Below are positions 12,717 to 25,231 of a DNA stretch of 64,000 nt, piece by piece. Source of the stretch: Mobula hypostoma (Eukaryota); NCBI RefSeq assembly GCF_963921235.1, contig NC_086097.1, positions 77,130,001 to 77,194,000 on the forward strand. The letters are read 5' to 3'. Positions within the stretch are counted from its first letter, which is position 1, and every line of letters begins with the position of its first letter. The notes under the pieces are model-generated. The model did no database searches. It was not told where the DNA came from and saw nothing but the letters and a program-made list of their open reading frames with translations. A program made the position numbers and the translations under genes.

Positions 12717-15700
12717 CCTCAAAGGTAATGATATCGAGATTACTGCCTGTGCCACGCGACGGTGAGTATAGGAATAGAGTGAGATGGAGGATAAATGCAT
12801 GGCTGAGGAATTGGAGCAAGAGGCAGGGGTTCAGATTTCTGGATCATTGGGACTTCTTTTGGGGCAGGCGTGACCTGTACAAGAAGGACAGGTTGCACTT
12901 GAATCCAAGGGGTACCAATATCCTGGCAGGGAGGTTTGCTAAGGCTCTTGGGGAGAGTTTAAACTAGAATTGCTGGGGGTGGTGGGAACCAAACTAAAGA
13001 GACAGAGGAAGGGGCAGTTGGCTCACAAATAGAGACAGCTTGTAAGCAGTATGAGAGGGAAGATAGGCAGGTGATAGAGAAAGGAAGCACTCAGACTGAT
13101 TATTTGAGATGTGTTTATTTCAATGCAAGGAGTACCATGAACAAAGCAGATGAGCTAAGAGTGTGGATCAGTACTTGGAGCTATGATGTTGTAGCCATTA
13201 CAGAGACTTGGATGGCTCAGGGGCAGGAACGGCTACTTAGAGTGCCAGGCTTTAGATGTTTCAGAAAGGATAAGGAGAGAGGCAAAACAGGTGGGGGCGT
13301 GGCACTGTTGATCATAGTGTCACAGCTGCAGAAAAGGAGGAAGACATGGAGGGATTGTCTACAGAGTCTCTGTGGGTGGAAGTTAGAAACAGGAAGGCAT
13401 AAATAACTCTACTGGGTGTTTCTTATAGACCACCCAATTGTAACAGGGACATCAAGGAGCAGATAGGGAGACAGATTCCGGAATGGTGCAGTAATAACAG
13501 GGTTGTCGTGATGGGAGATTTTAATTTCCCCAATATTGACTGGCATCTCCCTAGAGCAAAGGGTTTAGATGGAGTGGAGTTTGTTAGGTGTGTTCAGGAA
13601 GGTTTCCTGACGCAGTATGTAAATAAGCCTAGAAGAGGAGAGGCTGTACTTGATCTGGTATTGTGAAATTAACCAGGTCAGATTCAGGTCTCTCAGTGGG
13701 AGAGCACTTTGGAGATGGTTCTATCTCCTTTACCACGGCATTGGAGAGGAATAGGAACAAACAAGTTAGGAAAACATTTAATTGGAGTAAGGGGAAATAT
13801 GAAGCTATCAAGCAGGAACTTGGAATTATAAATTGGGAACAGATGTTCTCAGGGAAATATATGGCAGAGATGTGGCAAATGTTCAGGGGATATTTGTGCG
13901 GCGTTCTACATAGGTACGTTCCAATGAGACGGGAAAAGTTTGATGGTAGGGTACAGGAACCGTGGTGGACAAAGGTTGTTGAAAATCTAGTCAAGAAGAA
14001 AAGAAAGTCTTACGCAAGGTTCAAAAAGCTAGGTAATGATAGAGATCTGGAAAATTATAAGGCTAGTAGGAAGGAGTTTAAGAATGAAATTAGGAGAGCC
14101 GGAAGGGGTTATGAGAAGGCCTTGCCGAGCAGGATTAAGGAAAACCCCAAGGCATTCTTCAAGTATGTGAAGAGCAAGAGGATGAGACGCAAGAGAATAG
14201 GACCAATCAAGTGTGACAGTGGAAAAGTGTGTATGGAACCAGAGGAGATAGTGGAGGTATTTAATGACTACTTTGCTTCAGTATTCATTATGGAAAAGGA
14301 CCTTGGCCATTGTAGGGATGACTTACAGCAGACTGAAAAGCTTGAGCATATAGACCTTAAGAAAGAGGATGTGCTGGAGCTTTTGGAAAGCATCAAGTTG
14401 GATAAGTCGCTGGGACCGGACGAGATGTACCCCAGGCTTCTGTGGGAGGTGGGGGAAGAGATTGCTGAGCCTCTGGCAATGATGTTTGCATCATCAATGG
14501 GGATGGGAGAGGTTCCGGAGGACTGAAGGGTTGCAGATGTTGTTCCCTTATTCAAGAAGGTGAGTAGAGATAGCCCAGAAACTCATAGACCAGTGAGTTT
14601 TACTTCAGTGGTTGGTAAGTTGATGACGAGGATCCTGAGAGGCAGGATTGATGAACATTTGGAGAGGCATAATATGATTACAAATAGTCAGCATGGCTTT
14701 GTCAAAGGCAGGTCGTGCCTTACGAGCCTGATTGAATTTTTTGAGGATGCGACTAAACACATTGATGAAGGTAGAGCAGTAGATGTAGTGTATATGGATT
14801 TCACCAAGGCATTTGACAAGGTACCCCTTGCAAGGCTTATTGAGAAAATAAGGAGGCATGGGATTCAAGGGGACCTTGCTTTGTGGATCCAGGACTGGCT
14901 TGCACATAGAAGGCAAAGAGTTGTTGCAGACAGGTCATATTCTGCAGGGAGGTTGGTGACCAGTGGTGTGCTTCAGGGATCTGTTCTGGGACCCCTGCTC
15001 TTCGTGATTTTTATAAATGACCTGGATGAGGAAGCGGAGGAATGGGTTAGTAAATTTGCTGATGACACAAAGGTTGGGGGTGTTGTGGATAGTGTGGAGA
15101 GCTGTCAGAAGTTGCAGCGGGACATCGATAGGATGCAAAACTGGACAGAGAAATGGCAGATGGAGTTCAACCCAGATAAGTGTGAGGTGGTTCATTTTGG
15201 TAGGTCAAATATGATGGCGGAATTTAGCATTAATGGTGAGACTCTTGACAGAGTGGAGGATCAGAGGGATCTTGGGGTCCGAGTCCATTGAACTTTCAAA
15301 GCTGCTGCATGGATTGACTATGTGTTAAGAAGGCATACGATGTATTGGTATTCATCGACCATGGGATTGAGTCCAAGAGTCGAGAGGTAATGTTTCAGCT
15401 ATATAGGACCTTGGTCAGACCCCATTTGGAGTATTGTGCTCAGTTCTGGTCACCTCACTACAGGAAGGATGTGGAAACTATAGAAAGGGTGCAGAGGAGA
15501 TTTACAAGGATGTTGCCCGGAGTGGGGAGCCTTATGAGAATAGATTGAGTGAACTCGGCCTTTTCTCCATGGAGTGACAGAGGATAAGAGGTGACCTGAT
15601 AAAGGTGTATAAGATGATGAGAGGTATTGATCGTGTGGATAGTGAGAGGCCTTTTCCCTGTGCTGAAATGGTTAATACGAGAGAGCACAGTTTTAAGATG

Positions 15701-16179
15701 CTTGGAAGTAGGTACAGAGGAGATGTCATGGGTAAGTTTTTTATGCAGCAAGTGGTTAGTGCGTGGAACGGGCTGCCAGCTACGGTGGTGGAGGTGGATA
15801 CAATACAGTCTTTTAAGAGACTCCTGGATAGGTACATGGAGCTCAGGAAAACATAGGGCTATGGGTAACCCAAGGTAAGTTCTAAAGTAAGTACATGTTT
15901 AGCACAACATTGTGGGCCAAAGGGCCTGTATTGTGCTGTAGGTTTTCTATGCTTCAATGTTTCTATGAGTCATCTCAACTGGCACATTGCAAGTGAGAAA
16001 ATTGTTAAAAATATAACAACAATGAAGAATATTAGGATAAACGGCATAATGTCTAGCAGTTATCAACTCTATTTGATGTTTCTGGCTGGTTCGTGATTTT
16101 CTCACTATGGTCCAGCAGTATAGGCACTGAGCTGGATGTTACTAGCACATTAACCACGGCACTTGTTGTCCTCGTTGGG

Positions 16180-17420
16180 CACCACTTTCGTTTACTTGCA
16201 GTGGCTAGCGTTTATCTACTTACTTTTACCTTCTAGTTTCACTGCAGATTTAGTAAATAACAGTACTTGATAATGACCTTCCCATTGAGCTCCTAGTGGT
16301 TCCTTATGCAGTTTTTTAAATCAGGACCCATACACCAGGAGTCAGATGTGTCCTCCTTCTGTTGGCTCACTCCAAGTGGCAGAAACCTGTTGAGAAACAA
16401 GTTGTAGAGCTTGGGTTAATTTCACACAATAGTTAACTAAACTACGCAAACACAAGAAAATCTGCAGCTGCTGGAAATTCAAGCAACACACACAAAATAC
16501 TGATGGAACGCAACAGGCCAGGCAGCATACCTGCTGCATTCCACCAGCATTTTGTGTGTGTTGCTTGAGTTAACTAAACTAAATAGGTAAGTAAATATGT
16601 ATATCAGCCTCGCTGAGATCAAGATCTCCCAGCAGTGACATAGGATGCCCTGTTATTACCTTAAATGAACAGTATAGTTTTCTTGTTTGGGGTTGTTCTG
16701 ATGCTACATAAGACCAAAGGAAGAGCTGTAGGCCATAACATGATACTTAGTCAGCTGTTTGATGACATTCAACTTGTCCTGATGATTCTGGGTGATGTGG
16801 ACAATGAAACAACCATTCAATGTTCATCAGTCTGCAGAGTTCCTGACAAACACTTCCAGGGAAATGTATTCCTTAGTCAGAGTCGATGTGACATGGCAAT
16901 CTCCATCTAGGAATATAATCCTTGATCAAAATTTTTGCTGTGAGTGTGGAATGACTTCTTTTGTTGGAATAACTTCCATCCATCAGTATGTCTAAATTCC
17001 CTTGACACTTTGGCAAAGATATGTAGTCCACTTGTAAATGTACGTTTGTAAAAATGGACCAGGTAAGGCAGGAGCGCTTAATTGTGCTAGCTTTTCCACT
17101 GCTTCAGGATTTGTTTTCTAGCACACCATGCATCTTTCAAATGTTTGTCGAGCTTTGGATTCCACCACCATTGGGAGAATCTGTTCATCATCTTTTTCAC
17201 TCCAGTGTCTCCTTGGGTGTGTATCTGCTGTGCCAGATTAGGAAGACAGATGGAGCTACTAGTCTATGACTAGTGCCATATCTCCATGTTCCATCACTGT
17301 TGAATATCCTACCATTCTCCATCAAGAACCACTTTTCCTGGTTAGAACATTGAACTTGCACCTCTCGAATATCTCATCTGTTCATCTGTGATACAGAGTT
17401 CAACTTTGATCCATAACATT
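16180..17420 (-). mobile_element. Endogenous retrovirus integrase (decayed)
   Basis: HTQGDTGVKKM...WWNP...CMVC; HLQVDYISLP; PRWRLPCHIDSD*GIHF; HCPHHPESSGQVE; WPTALPLVLCSIRTTP; KEPLGAQWEGHYQVLL...INASHCK. Confidence 0.85.
16445..16567. mobile_element. Short Penelope pLTR-derived fold-back insertion
   Basis: Inverted arms of about 39 bp; exact 14-bp TSD agttaactaaacta (16431-16444, 16568-16581). Confidence 0.8.
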
Positions 17421-17424
17421 TTTG

Positions 17425-18545
17425 AATTGACTTTATTTCTTACACCTTTCACATACATGAGGGGTAAAAATCTTTATGTTACGTCTCCATCTAAATGTGC
17501 AATCTGCAATCATAGTAAATATAATAATTTATAATAAATTGAATGGTCAATGTAATATAGAACACACTCAAATCAGTGTGAGTTCATCAGTCTGATGCCC
17601 TGGTGGAAGAATATGTCCTGGAGCCTGTTGTTCCTGGCTTTTATGCTGTGGTACCATTCCCCAGATGGTAGCAGCTGAAATAGACTGTGGTTGGGGTGAC
17701 TCAGGTCCCCATTGATCCTACGGGCCCTTTTTACACACCTATCTTTGCAAATGTCCTGAATCATGGGAAGTTCACATCTACAGATGCTCTGGGCTGTCTG
17801 CACCACTCTCTGCAGAGTTCTGCGATTAAGGGAGGTACAGTTCCCATACCAGGCAGTGAAGCAGCCAGTCAGGATGCTCTCAATTGTGCCCCTGTATGAA
17901 GTTCATAGAATCTGGGGGCCCTTACCAAACTTCCTCAACTGTCTGAGGTGAAAGAGGCACTTTTGTGCCTTTTTCACCACACAGCTGGTGTGTACAGACC
18001 ACCTGAGGTCCTCGGTGATGTGGATGCCGAGGAACTTGAAGCAGTTTACCCTCTCAACCCCAGATCCATTGATATCAATAGGGGTTAGCCCATCTCCATT
18101 CCTCCTATAATCTACAACCAGCTCCTTTGTTTTTGCTGCATTGAGGGGAAGGTTGTTTTCTTGACACCACTGTGTCAGAGAGATGCCTTCTTCCCTGTAG
18201 GCCACCTCGTTATTGTTTGAGATAAGGCCAATCAATGTAGTGTTGTTGGCAAATTTTAATTAGCAGATTGGAGCTGTGGGTGGTGATACAGTCATGGGTA
18301 TACAGGGAGTAAAGGAGGGGACTCAGTACATGGTCCTGAGGGGCTCCTGTATTGAGAGTCAGAGGGTTGGAGGTGAGGGAGCCCACTCTTACCACCTGCT
18401 GGCATCCTGACAGGAAGTCCAGGATCCAGCTGCACAAGGCAGGGTTAAGGCCGAGGTCTCTGAGCTTCTTGTCGAGCCTGGGTGAAACTATGGTATATAG
18501 TCCAAGGTCAGCATTCTCACTAAGCATCCTTCTTTTCCAGATGTG
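17425..18545 (-). mobile_element. Rex1/Babar-type LINE, 5'-truncated
   Basis: LCSWILDFL...LNTGAPQ, WCQENNLPLN..KTKELVVDYR; aataaagtcaattc tail. Confidence 0.85.
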
Positions 18546-18604
18546 TAAGGACTGGGAACATATACAATGAACCCAACAACTTGGGTTGTTAGGTTCATTG
18601 CATA

Positions 18605-19303
18605 TGTAAGGGGGTTTAGTCTCTTATGTTACTGCGTAGGCGAATTAAAATTTGTTATGTTATACTTGGGAATGCTTCTTTGTTATGTTAAACGCTGAGA
18701 AAGTTTTTGCGCTAGCAGCTTGTTTTGGGTTAGGAGTGTGATAAGAATATGTTACGAACCAATTGGGATAGTTGTTATGTTTTTGGTGTATTTGAAGATA
18801 CTGTATGCGTGGGGTTTTAGAGGCAGAAGGCAGGAGAAAGAGATAGAGGATGGACCAGGTGCTGTGATGTCCGCTAACGGGGTCGGACCCCGAGCAGGGC
18901 GTTTGGCGAGGAGAGGAGACGGAGACGGACTCGTGTGGAGCGTCTGGTCGACCACCGTAGTTGGTCCCAGGTGGCCGGTCAAGGTGGTCCGAGGGGTCGC
19001 AGGGTGAAGAAGAAGGGTCCTGAGCTCCAACTGTTTGTGCACGCAGAGGCTGAACTTTGATAAGTGTGGTGCCTTTTATTTTCTTTTTATATTTTATTCT
19101 CTATTAATTATATAGTTCCAGTAATATCTATAAATTGTAAATCATTTAATCATATCTGGTGTATTGTCTGTTATTTGGGCAGCATGGGGTACGTCACACA
19201 GCATCCACATAAACTAATTACCCAGTTTGGCAGGGCCGAGGGCTGTTTCCCTAGACGACAGCGAGCCAAGCGACCCTGAGGTTGGCCGGGGGGGGGGGCT
19301 ACA
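18605..19303. mobile_element. Solo LTR (Gypsy-like)
   Basis: TGTA...TACA termini, 4-bp TSD cata (18601-18604, 19304-19307), 699 bp. Confidence 0.8.
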
Positions 19304-19307
19304 CATA

Positions 19308-19760
19308 TGTTCCCAGTTCCTCTTTTAATTCTTTGACATTTTTTACTTCTTTTATTTCTATTTCTTTTATCCCTTTCCATGCTGCCTTTTTCAAAATGTC
19401 ATCCACAAATGCATTTCCACAGCTGTCCATTGTAGTCATTATGGAGTGGCATTTACATTTTAATACAGCCACTTCTGACAGAAGTTGTATGACATACATG
19501 AGTTCTTGTACGAGTTGGCCATTCTTGATTGGGGTTTTTATAGCCATAAGAAATCCTCTTTGCCTCCATAAATTTCCAAAATCATGAACAACTCAAAAAG
19601 CATATTGAAAATCAGTGTAGACATTAGCTGATTTTCCTTTTGTCATTTTATAAGCTTCAATCAAAGCTTTCATTTCTGCCAGTTGCACAGAGCCATGCTT
19701 CCTGATGCCAGTACTTAAGTTTCAAAAATAAAGATCCATCCATTCAAATTCCTCCTTCAA
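19308..19760 (-). mobile_element. ERV RNase H domain
   Basis: DGS...SVQLAEMKALIEA...ANVYTD..YAF..HDFGNLWRQRGFL..TPIKNGQLVQELM...VAVLKCKCH...GN. Confidence 0.85.
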
Positions 19761-19764
19761 TCCA

Positions 19765-21440
19765 TTGCATCAGTCTTCACTGTGGAAGACACTAGCAACA
19801 TGCCAGAAGTTGAATGGTGCAAGGGAAGAGAAGTGAGTGCAGTTACTGTTACAAGGGAGAAGGTGCTCAAAAAGCTGAAAAACCTAAGGGTACATAAGTG
19901 ACCCAGACCAGATGAACTGCACCCTAGGGTTCTGAAAGAGGTAGCGGTAGAGATTGTGGAGGCATTAGTAATGATCTTTCAAAAGTCATTGGACTCTGGC
20001 ATGGTGCCAGATGACCGGAAAATTGCAAATGTCACTCTACCTTTAAGAAAGGAGGAAGGCAGCAGAACGGAAATTATAGACCAGTTAGCCTGACCTCAGT
20101 GATTGGGAAGATGTTGGAGGCAATTGTTAGGATGATGTTATGGAGTTCCTTGTTGCACAGGACAAGATAGAACAAAGTCAGCATGGTTTCCTTAAGGGAA
20201 AATCCTGTCTATTGAACCTGTTGAATTTTTTTGTGGCGATTAAATGGGGGATAGATAAAGGGGATGTAGTGGATGTTGTATATTTGGACTTTCAGAAAGC
20301 CTTTGACAAGGTGCCACACATGATGCTGCTTACCAACTTAAAAGCCAATGGTATGACAGGGAAGTTACTGGCATGGTTAGAGCATTGGCTGATTGGTAGG
20401 AGGCAGCGAGTGGAAATAAAAGGATCTTTTTCTGGTTGGCTGCCAGTGACTAGTGGTGTTCCACAGGAGTCAGTGTTGGGACCACTTCTTTTTATGTTGT
20501 ATATAAATGATTTAGATGATGGAGTTGATGACTTTGTTGCCAAGTTTTCAGCTAATACAAATATTGATGGAGGGGCAGGTAGTGTTAAGGAAACAGGTAG
20601 GCTGCTGAAGGACTTAGGTAGATTAGGAGAATGGGCAAAAGAGAGGCAAATGAAATACAATTTGGGAAAATACATGGTCATGCACTTTTGTAGTAGAAAT
20701 AAATATATGCAGACTATTTTCTAAATGTGGAGAAAAATCCAAAAATCTGAGATATTAAGGGACTTGGCAGTCCTTTGCAGAACACCTTAAAGGTTAACTT
20801 GCAGGTAGAGTCGGTGGTGAGGAAGACAAATGCACTGTTAGCATTCATTTCAAGAGATCTAGAGTATAAGCACAGGGACACGATGCTGAGGCTTTATGAG
20901 GCACTGGTGAGGCCTCACCTTGAGTGTCATGAACAGTTTTGAGCTCCTCATCTAAGAAAAGATGTACTGGCATTAGAGAGGGTTCAGAGGAGGTTCACAA
21001 GGATGATTCCAGGAATGAAAGGGTTATCATACAAGGAACGTTTGATAGCTCTCGGTCTGTACTTGATGAATTTTAGAAGGATGAGGAGGAGTCTCATTGA
21101 AACTTTTCGAATGTTGAAAGGCCTAAACAGAGAGATGTGGAAAGTGTGTTTCCCATGATGGGGGAGTCTAGGACAAGAAGGCATAGCATCAGAATATAGG
21201 GGCATCCATTTAAAACACAGATGAGGAGAAATTTGTGGAATTTATTACCATAGACAGCTGTGGAGACCAGCCAGGTTGTTGGGTGTATTTAAGCCAGAGC
21301 TTGATAGATTCTTGATTCGACATGGTATCAAAGGTTACGGGGCGAAGGCTGGGGAGTGGGGCGCAGGAGGGGAAAAAAAGACCAGCCATAAAAAAGGAGA
21401 AGCAGACTTGATGTGCCAAATGGCCTAATTCTGCTCCTAT
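19765..21440 (+). mobile_element. CR1 LINE, 5'-truncated
   Basis: QHGFLKGKSC, YLDFQKAFDKVPH, GVPQ.SVLGP; tcttatgg tail. Confidence 0.9.
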
Positions 21441-23260
21441 GTCTTATGGTCTTATGGTTAGTTGTTGAGAAGTCATCAGAGCACAGAATCAGATCTGGAT
21501 TCAAAGAGGCATTTATTTGTAATAATTTACAACTTCATGGCACATTATTGCCCTTGCACAGTCATAGTTATCAGTCTAACAAGAATTCAGCATGTTCATT
21601 TCCATTTAGTAGGTTAACACATAAGCTGTCTGGTTTCTGCTCTGTGAAGGTAAGAAAGGGCTGCAGGGAAGGGCTTAGTCATTTTTGAATTCAACAATTC
21701 ATCCATTACATCTGAAAATTGTTTGTTGACACCATAATATCAGATCAGAATCTCCTGACATTTGTGAGGCAGAGGACTGAACTTGTTAATGACCTTCTTT
21801 CTGTTGTCCACCTTGTATCCTCTACCAGCAACTTCTATCCCTATGTCCTCTCTTACATTTTGTTTTAGGGGATTGGTCTCAGACTGGGTTGGCTGTGGTG
21901 CACAGGGTGAATTCCAGTTCAGCTTCTTCTGTTGACTTATGGGTGTTGGCTATTGACTCATCTGCAGCAGCTACGGCTGTTGATGAAAAGGTAACTGATC
22001 CACCTGTAATGATCTTATTCGATTTTGACAATTCGTTCCACGTTTGGTAGCTTGCACTAGCTCACTGTATGGAACATCAACCTCAATACACTTCAGTTTT
22101 GTCAACTAAACCATCTTAACAATATCTGGTTTCAACTCATCCATAAAAGTTGACTTCAAGGGCCCATATGTAGAGTCCTCTGACTTATCTTCATTTATTC
22201 CCAGAACTGCTGAATAACTTAAACATGCTGGCCTGTAGTGTTCCTCATATTCAGAAACATCCTCAGAAATCTTTTGCTTGCAATCAGCCAATTCCCCCTA
22301 ATCAGTCTGCATTGGTGCCTGTTCTTCGAACCACCTTGTATAATTTGTTTATCATCTCCTATGCCACTATCAACTCTATTACTCAACTGTCAGGTTTGCA
22401 GAGAAGATAAAATGGTAGCCAAGATTTGTATATGTTCTTAATATGTTGAAGCTAAACCTAGAACTTCAAACTTCCTTTTTTTTAGGATGTGGAATTTCTT
22501 TGGATCATTTATCAATCTTTTCCAATTTAGGTGTTTGACGAAAAACCATCTGTCTCCTTTCATAGGTTCCATCTTAGTGACATAGCTGCCCGTCCCACTG
22601 TTTCATCACTGTCATCCTCACTTGAGTTGTGAGAGGCTGCTGTAGAGTGCATGTCATGTCCATCCTGAAATTCTTCAGAGATCGGATAGTGCTGCTTTCT
22701 CAGAAGACTGCCCAATGTACGGGGTGTTTCCTAAAGAGAAACATCACAGGCAGGACTGCTCATTGGAGGTCCTTGCTGGACTTTCTGATACTGCTTCAGT
22801 TTATTTCTTAGCTCCATACAATACCCTTAGATTCAATTACACTAACGTTATTTTTTCACTAGTTCAGTTAATGCAAATATTTGCTCTTTAGACTTTTTAC
22901 TGTTTTTGTAGTTTACCACATGTTTCACATTACTCTCCCAATTGATCAGCAAACTTTTTCACTTGTTCAGACTGACCACGTGTTGTATCTTTAACTGTGA
23001 TAAAATAGTTAAACTCTATCCAAGTTTGTCCTTTTTCTCAGGCATTCTCAAGGTCTTATCACATGCCTTCTTTATCAACTCTACATTGATGGTATACTTC
23101 ATTCAGACTTTTGCATTAATCTTATCAAATTGAAATATTTTCTTCAGGTAAGAACTCAAACCATCAGTCATCTGTTCATACATTACTGGAGATTCAGCTC
23201 CCCCCTTTTCATGTCGTAGGTTTCACAACTTTGGCATTGTCTTAGTTTAATCTCATGTAA
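21440..23260 (-). mobile_element. ERV gag-pro remnant
   Basis: CKQKISEDVSEYEE...LKSTFMDELKP (capsid-like), EFLLD (protease-like) and NASLNP; collinear with the RNase H and integrase pieces. Confidence 0.55.
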
Positions 23261-23288
23261 AACTTAATTTGCATGTACTTTTTATCAC

Positions 23289-23595
23289 TAGGACTGCAAT
23301 CAAAATATTATTGGATTGCATCAAAATATAATTAAATTGCAATCGAAATATCATTTTAGGACCAGGATTTTGCTTTAGGATTTCAGTCGAAATATTGTAG
23401 GATTGCAATCAAAATATCATAGGGTTGCACTCTGAACATTTTGTAAGATTGCAATTGGAATTTCTTATAGGATTGCAATTGATATATTATTGATTTGCAA
23501 GTGGCAATATTTCCCTCACTGGATTACAGTCTCAATGTTTTTTAAGCATTAGATTACAATCGGATGATTTCATAGGTACTGCACAATATTAATAT
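23289..23595. repeat. Degenerate ~22-bp tandem array (taggattgcaatcaaaatatca-like), about 12 units
   Basis: Repeated gattgcaat cores visible directly. Confidence 0.75.
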
Positions 23596-23629
23596 TAGTG
23601 CTGGTTTGATTTTTTTTCAGAATATCAAT

Positions 23630-24830
23630 GTACAATAGAACATAGAACAGTACAGCACAGAAACAAGCCATTTGGCCCACAATGTTGTGCTGTATTAGCT
23701 AAAAAACAAATCGAAAACACCCAAACACTAATCTCTCCTACCTACACCATGTCCATATCCCACCCTCTTCCTCTCATTTATGTGCCTATACAAATGTCTC
23801 TTAAAAGCCTCTGATGTACTTGCTCCACCACCATACCAGGCAGAGCATTCTGGGCATCCACAACTATTTGAGTAAAAAACTTACCCCTCATGTCCCCATT
23901 GAACCTATCCTCTCTTACCTTAATACCCACTCTGGTATTAGACATTTCAGCCCTGGGAAATCAATACCCTCTGTCCACTCTATCTATGCCTCTCAGAATC
24001 TTGTAAACCTTTATCAGATCTCCCCTCAGCCTCTGACGCTCCAAGAGAAAACAACCCAAGTTTATCCAGCCTTTCGTGATAGCACATGCCCTCTAAACCA
24101 GGCAGCATCTTGGTAAACCTCTTCTGCATTCTCTCCAAAACCTCAATGTATTTCCTGTAGTGGGGTGACCAGAACTGTACACAATACTCCAGATGTGGCC
24201 TAACCAGAGTTTTATAAAGTTGCAACATAACCTCCTGACTTTTGAACTCAAAGCCTCGACTAATAAAAGCAAGCATTCCATAGCCTCTTAACCACCTCAT
24301 GGACCTGTGTAGCCAGTTTCAAGGAGCTATGAACTTGGATCCCAAGATCTCTCTGTTTAGCAAAACTATTAAGGGCTGACAGTAGTGAAAACCAAAGGGA
24401 AGTTACTGGCAAGATGAGGGAAACACTGAACAATGCCAAGACCAAGGGGAACCATCAATGCTGCCCTAAGTGCCAGCTGTGTGACGGCAACAATTAAGTA
24501 AGCCTATTGGTCTAAGGAGGTGCCAGTCAATATGAGGGAAGTTAAAGTCATCCATAACAACAGCCCTGTTATTTTTCACCTTTCCAAAATCTGCTTCCCA
24601 ATCTGCTCCTCAGTATCTCTGTTGCAATTGAGTCCATAGAATAGCCCAATAGAGTGACTGCTCCCTTCTTGTTTCTGACTTCTACCCGTACTGACTCAGT
24701 TGATGATCGATCCATGATGTCCTCCCTTTCTGCAGCTGTCTTACTATCCATGATTAGCAATGCAACTCCCCCATCTCTTTTCCCTCCCTGTTCCTTTTGA
24801 AACATCTAAACCCTGAAATGTCCAGCAGCC
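23630..24830 (-). mobile_element. CR1 LINE with internal deletion
   Basis: LYKTLVRPHLEYCVQFWSP close to the endonuclease piece GGVALLI; (atagaac) tail. Confidence 0.85.
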
Positions 24831-25231
24831 ATTTATTATGTTTTTATTATTTATTTATTATCATTCTCTCTTCTCCTGTGGATAATTATCATGTCAAATA
24901 TACTACTAATAGGATGGAAAGTGTAGGTCAGTAGAAGAGAACACCCCTCCAAACATTCCATAATGATCATTCAGAACATGCATGTATATCAGGATAGAAA
25001 AAAGTCTTTAGACTCAGCCAGCTCCACCACGAGCATGAGCTTCCCCATTGAAGAGGACATATTCAAAAGGTATTGCAAGAAGGTGACATCCATCATGAAG
25101 GACCCCCACTATTCAGGACATGACCTCTTCTCAATACAGGAACCCGAAGACACACACTCAATATTTTAAGAACAGCTTCTTCCCCTCTGGCATCAGATTC
25201 CTGAGTGGTCCATGAACACTATCTTGCTATG

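Larger units (their letters stand above)
11608..15967 (+). mobile_element. Near full-length CR1 LINE (ORF1 zinc finger/SGNH esterase, ORF2 APE-RT), inactivated
   Basis: ORF1 CxxC, VVHLGTND, DRLHLN; ORF2 YFNARS, ITETW, GDFNF, DFTKAFD, QGSVLGP, FADD; (ttctatg) tail; frameshifts and stops. Confidence 0.95.

Noticed and set aside
23289..23595. CRISPR-like array
   Set aside because: Degenerate tandem units without unique spacers, no cas genes, vertebrate context.
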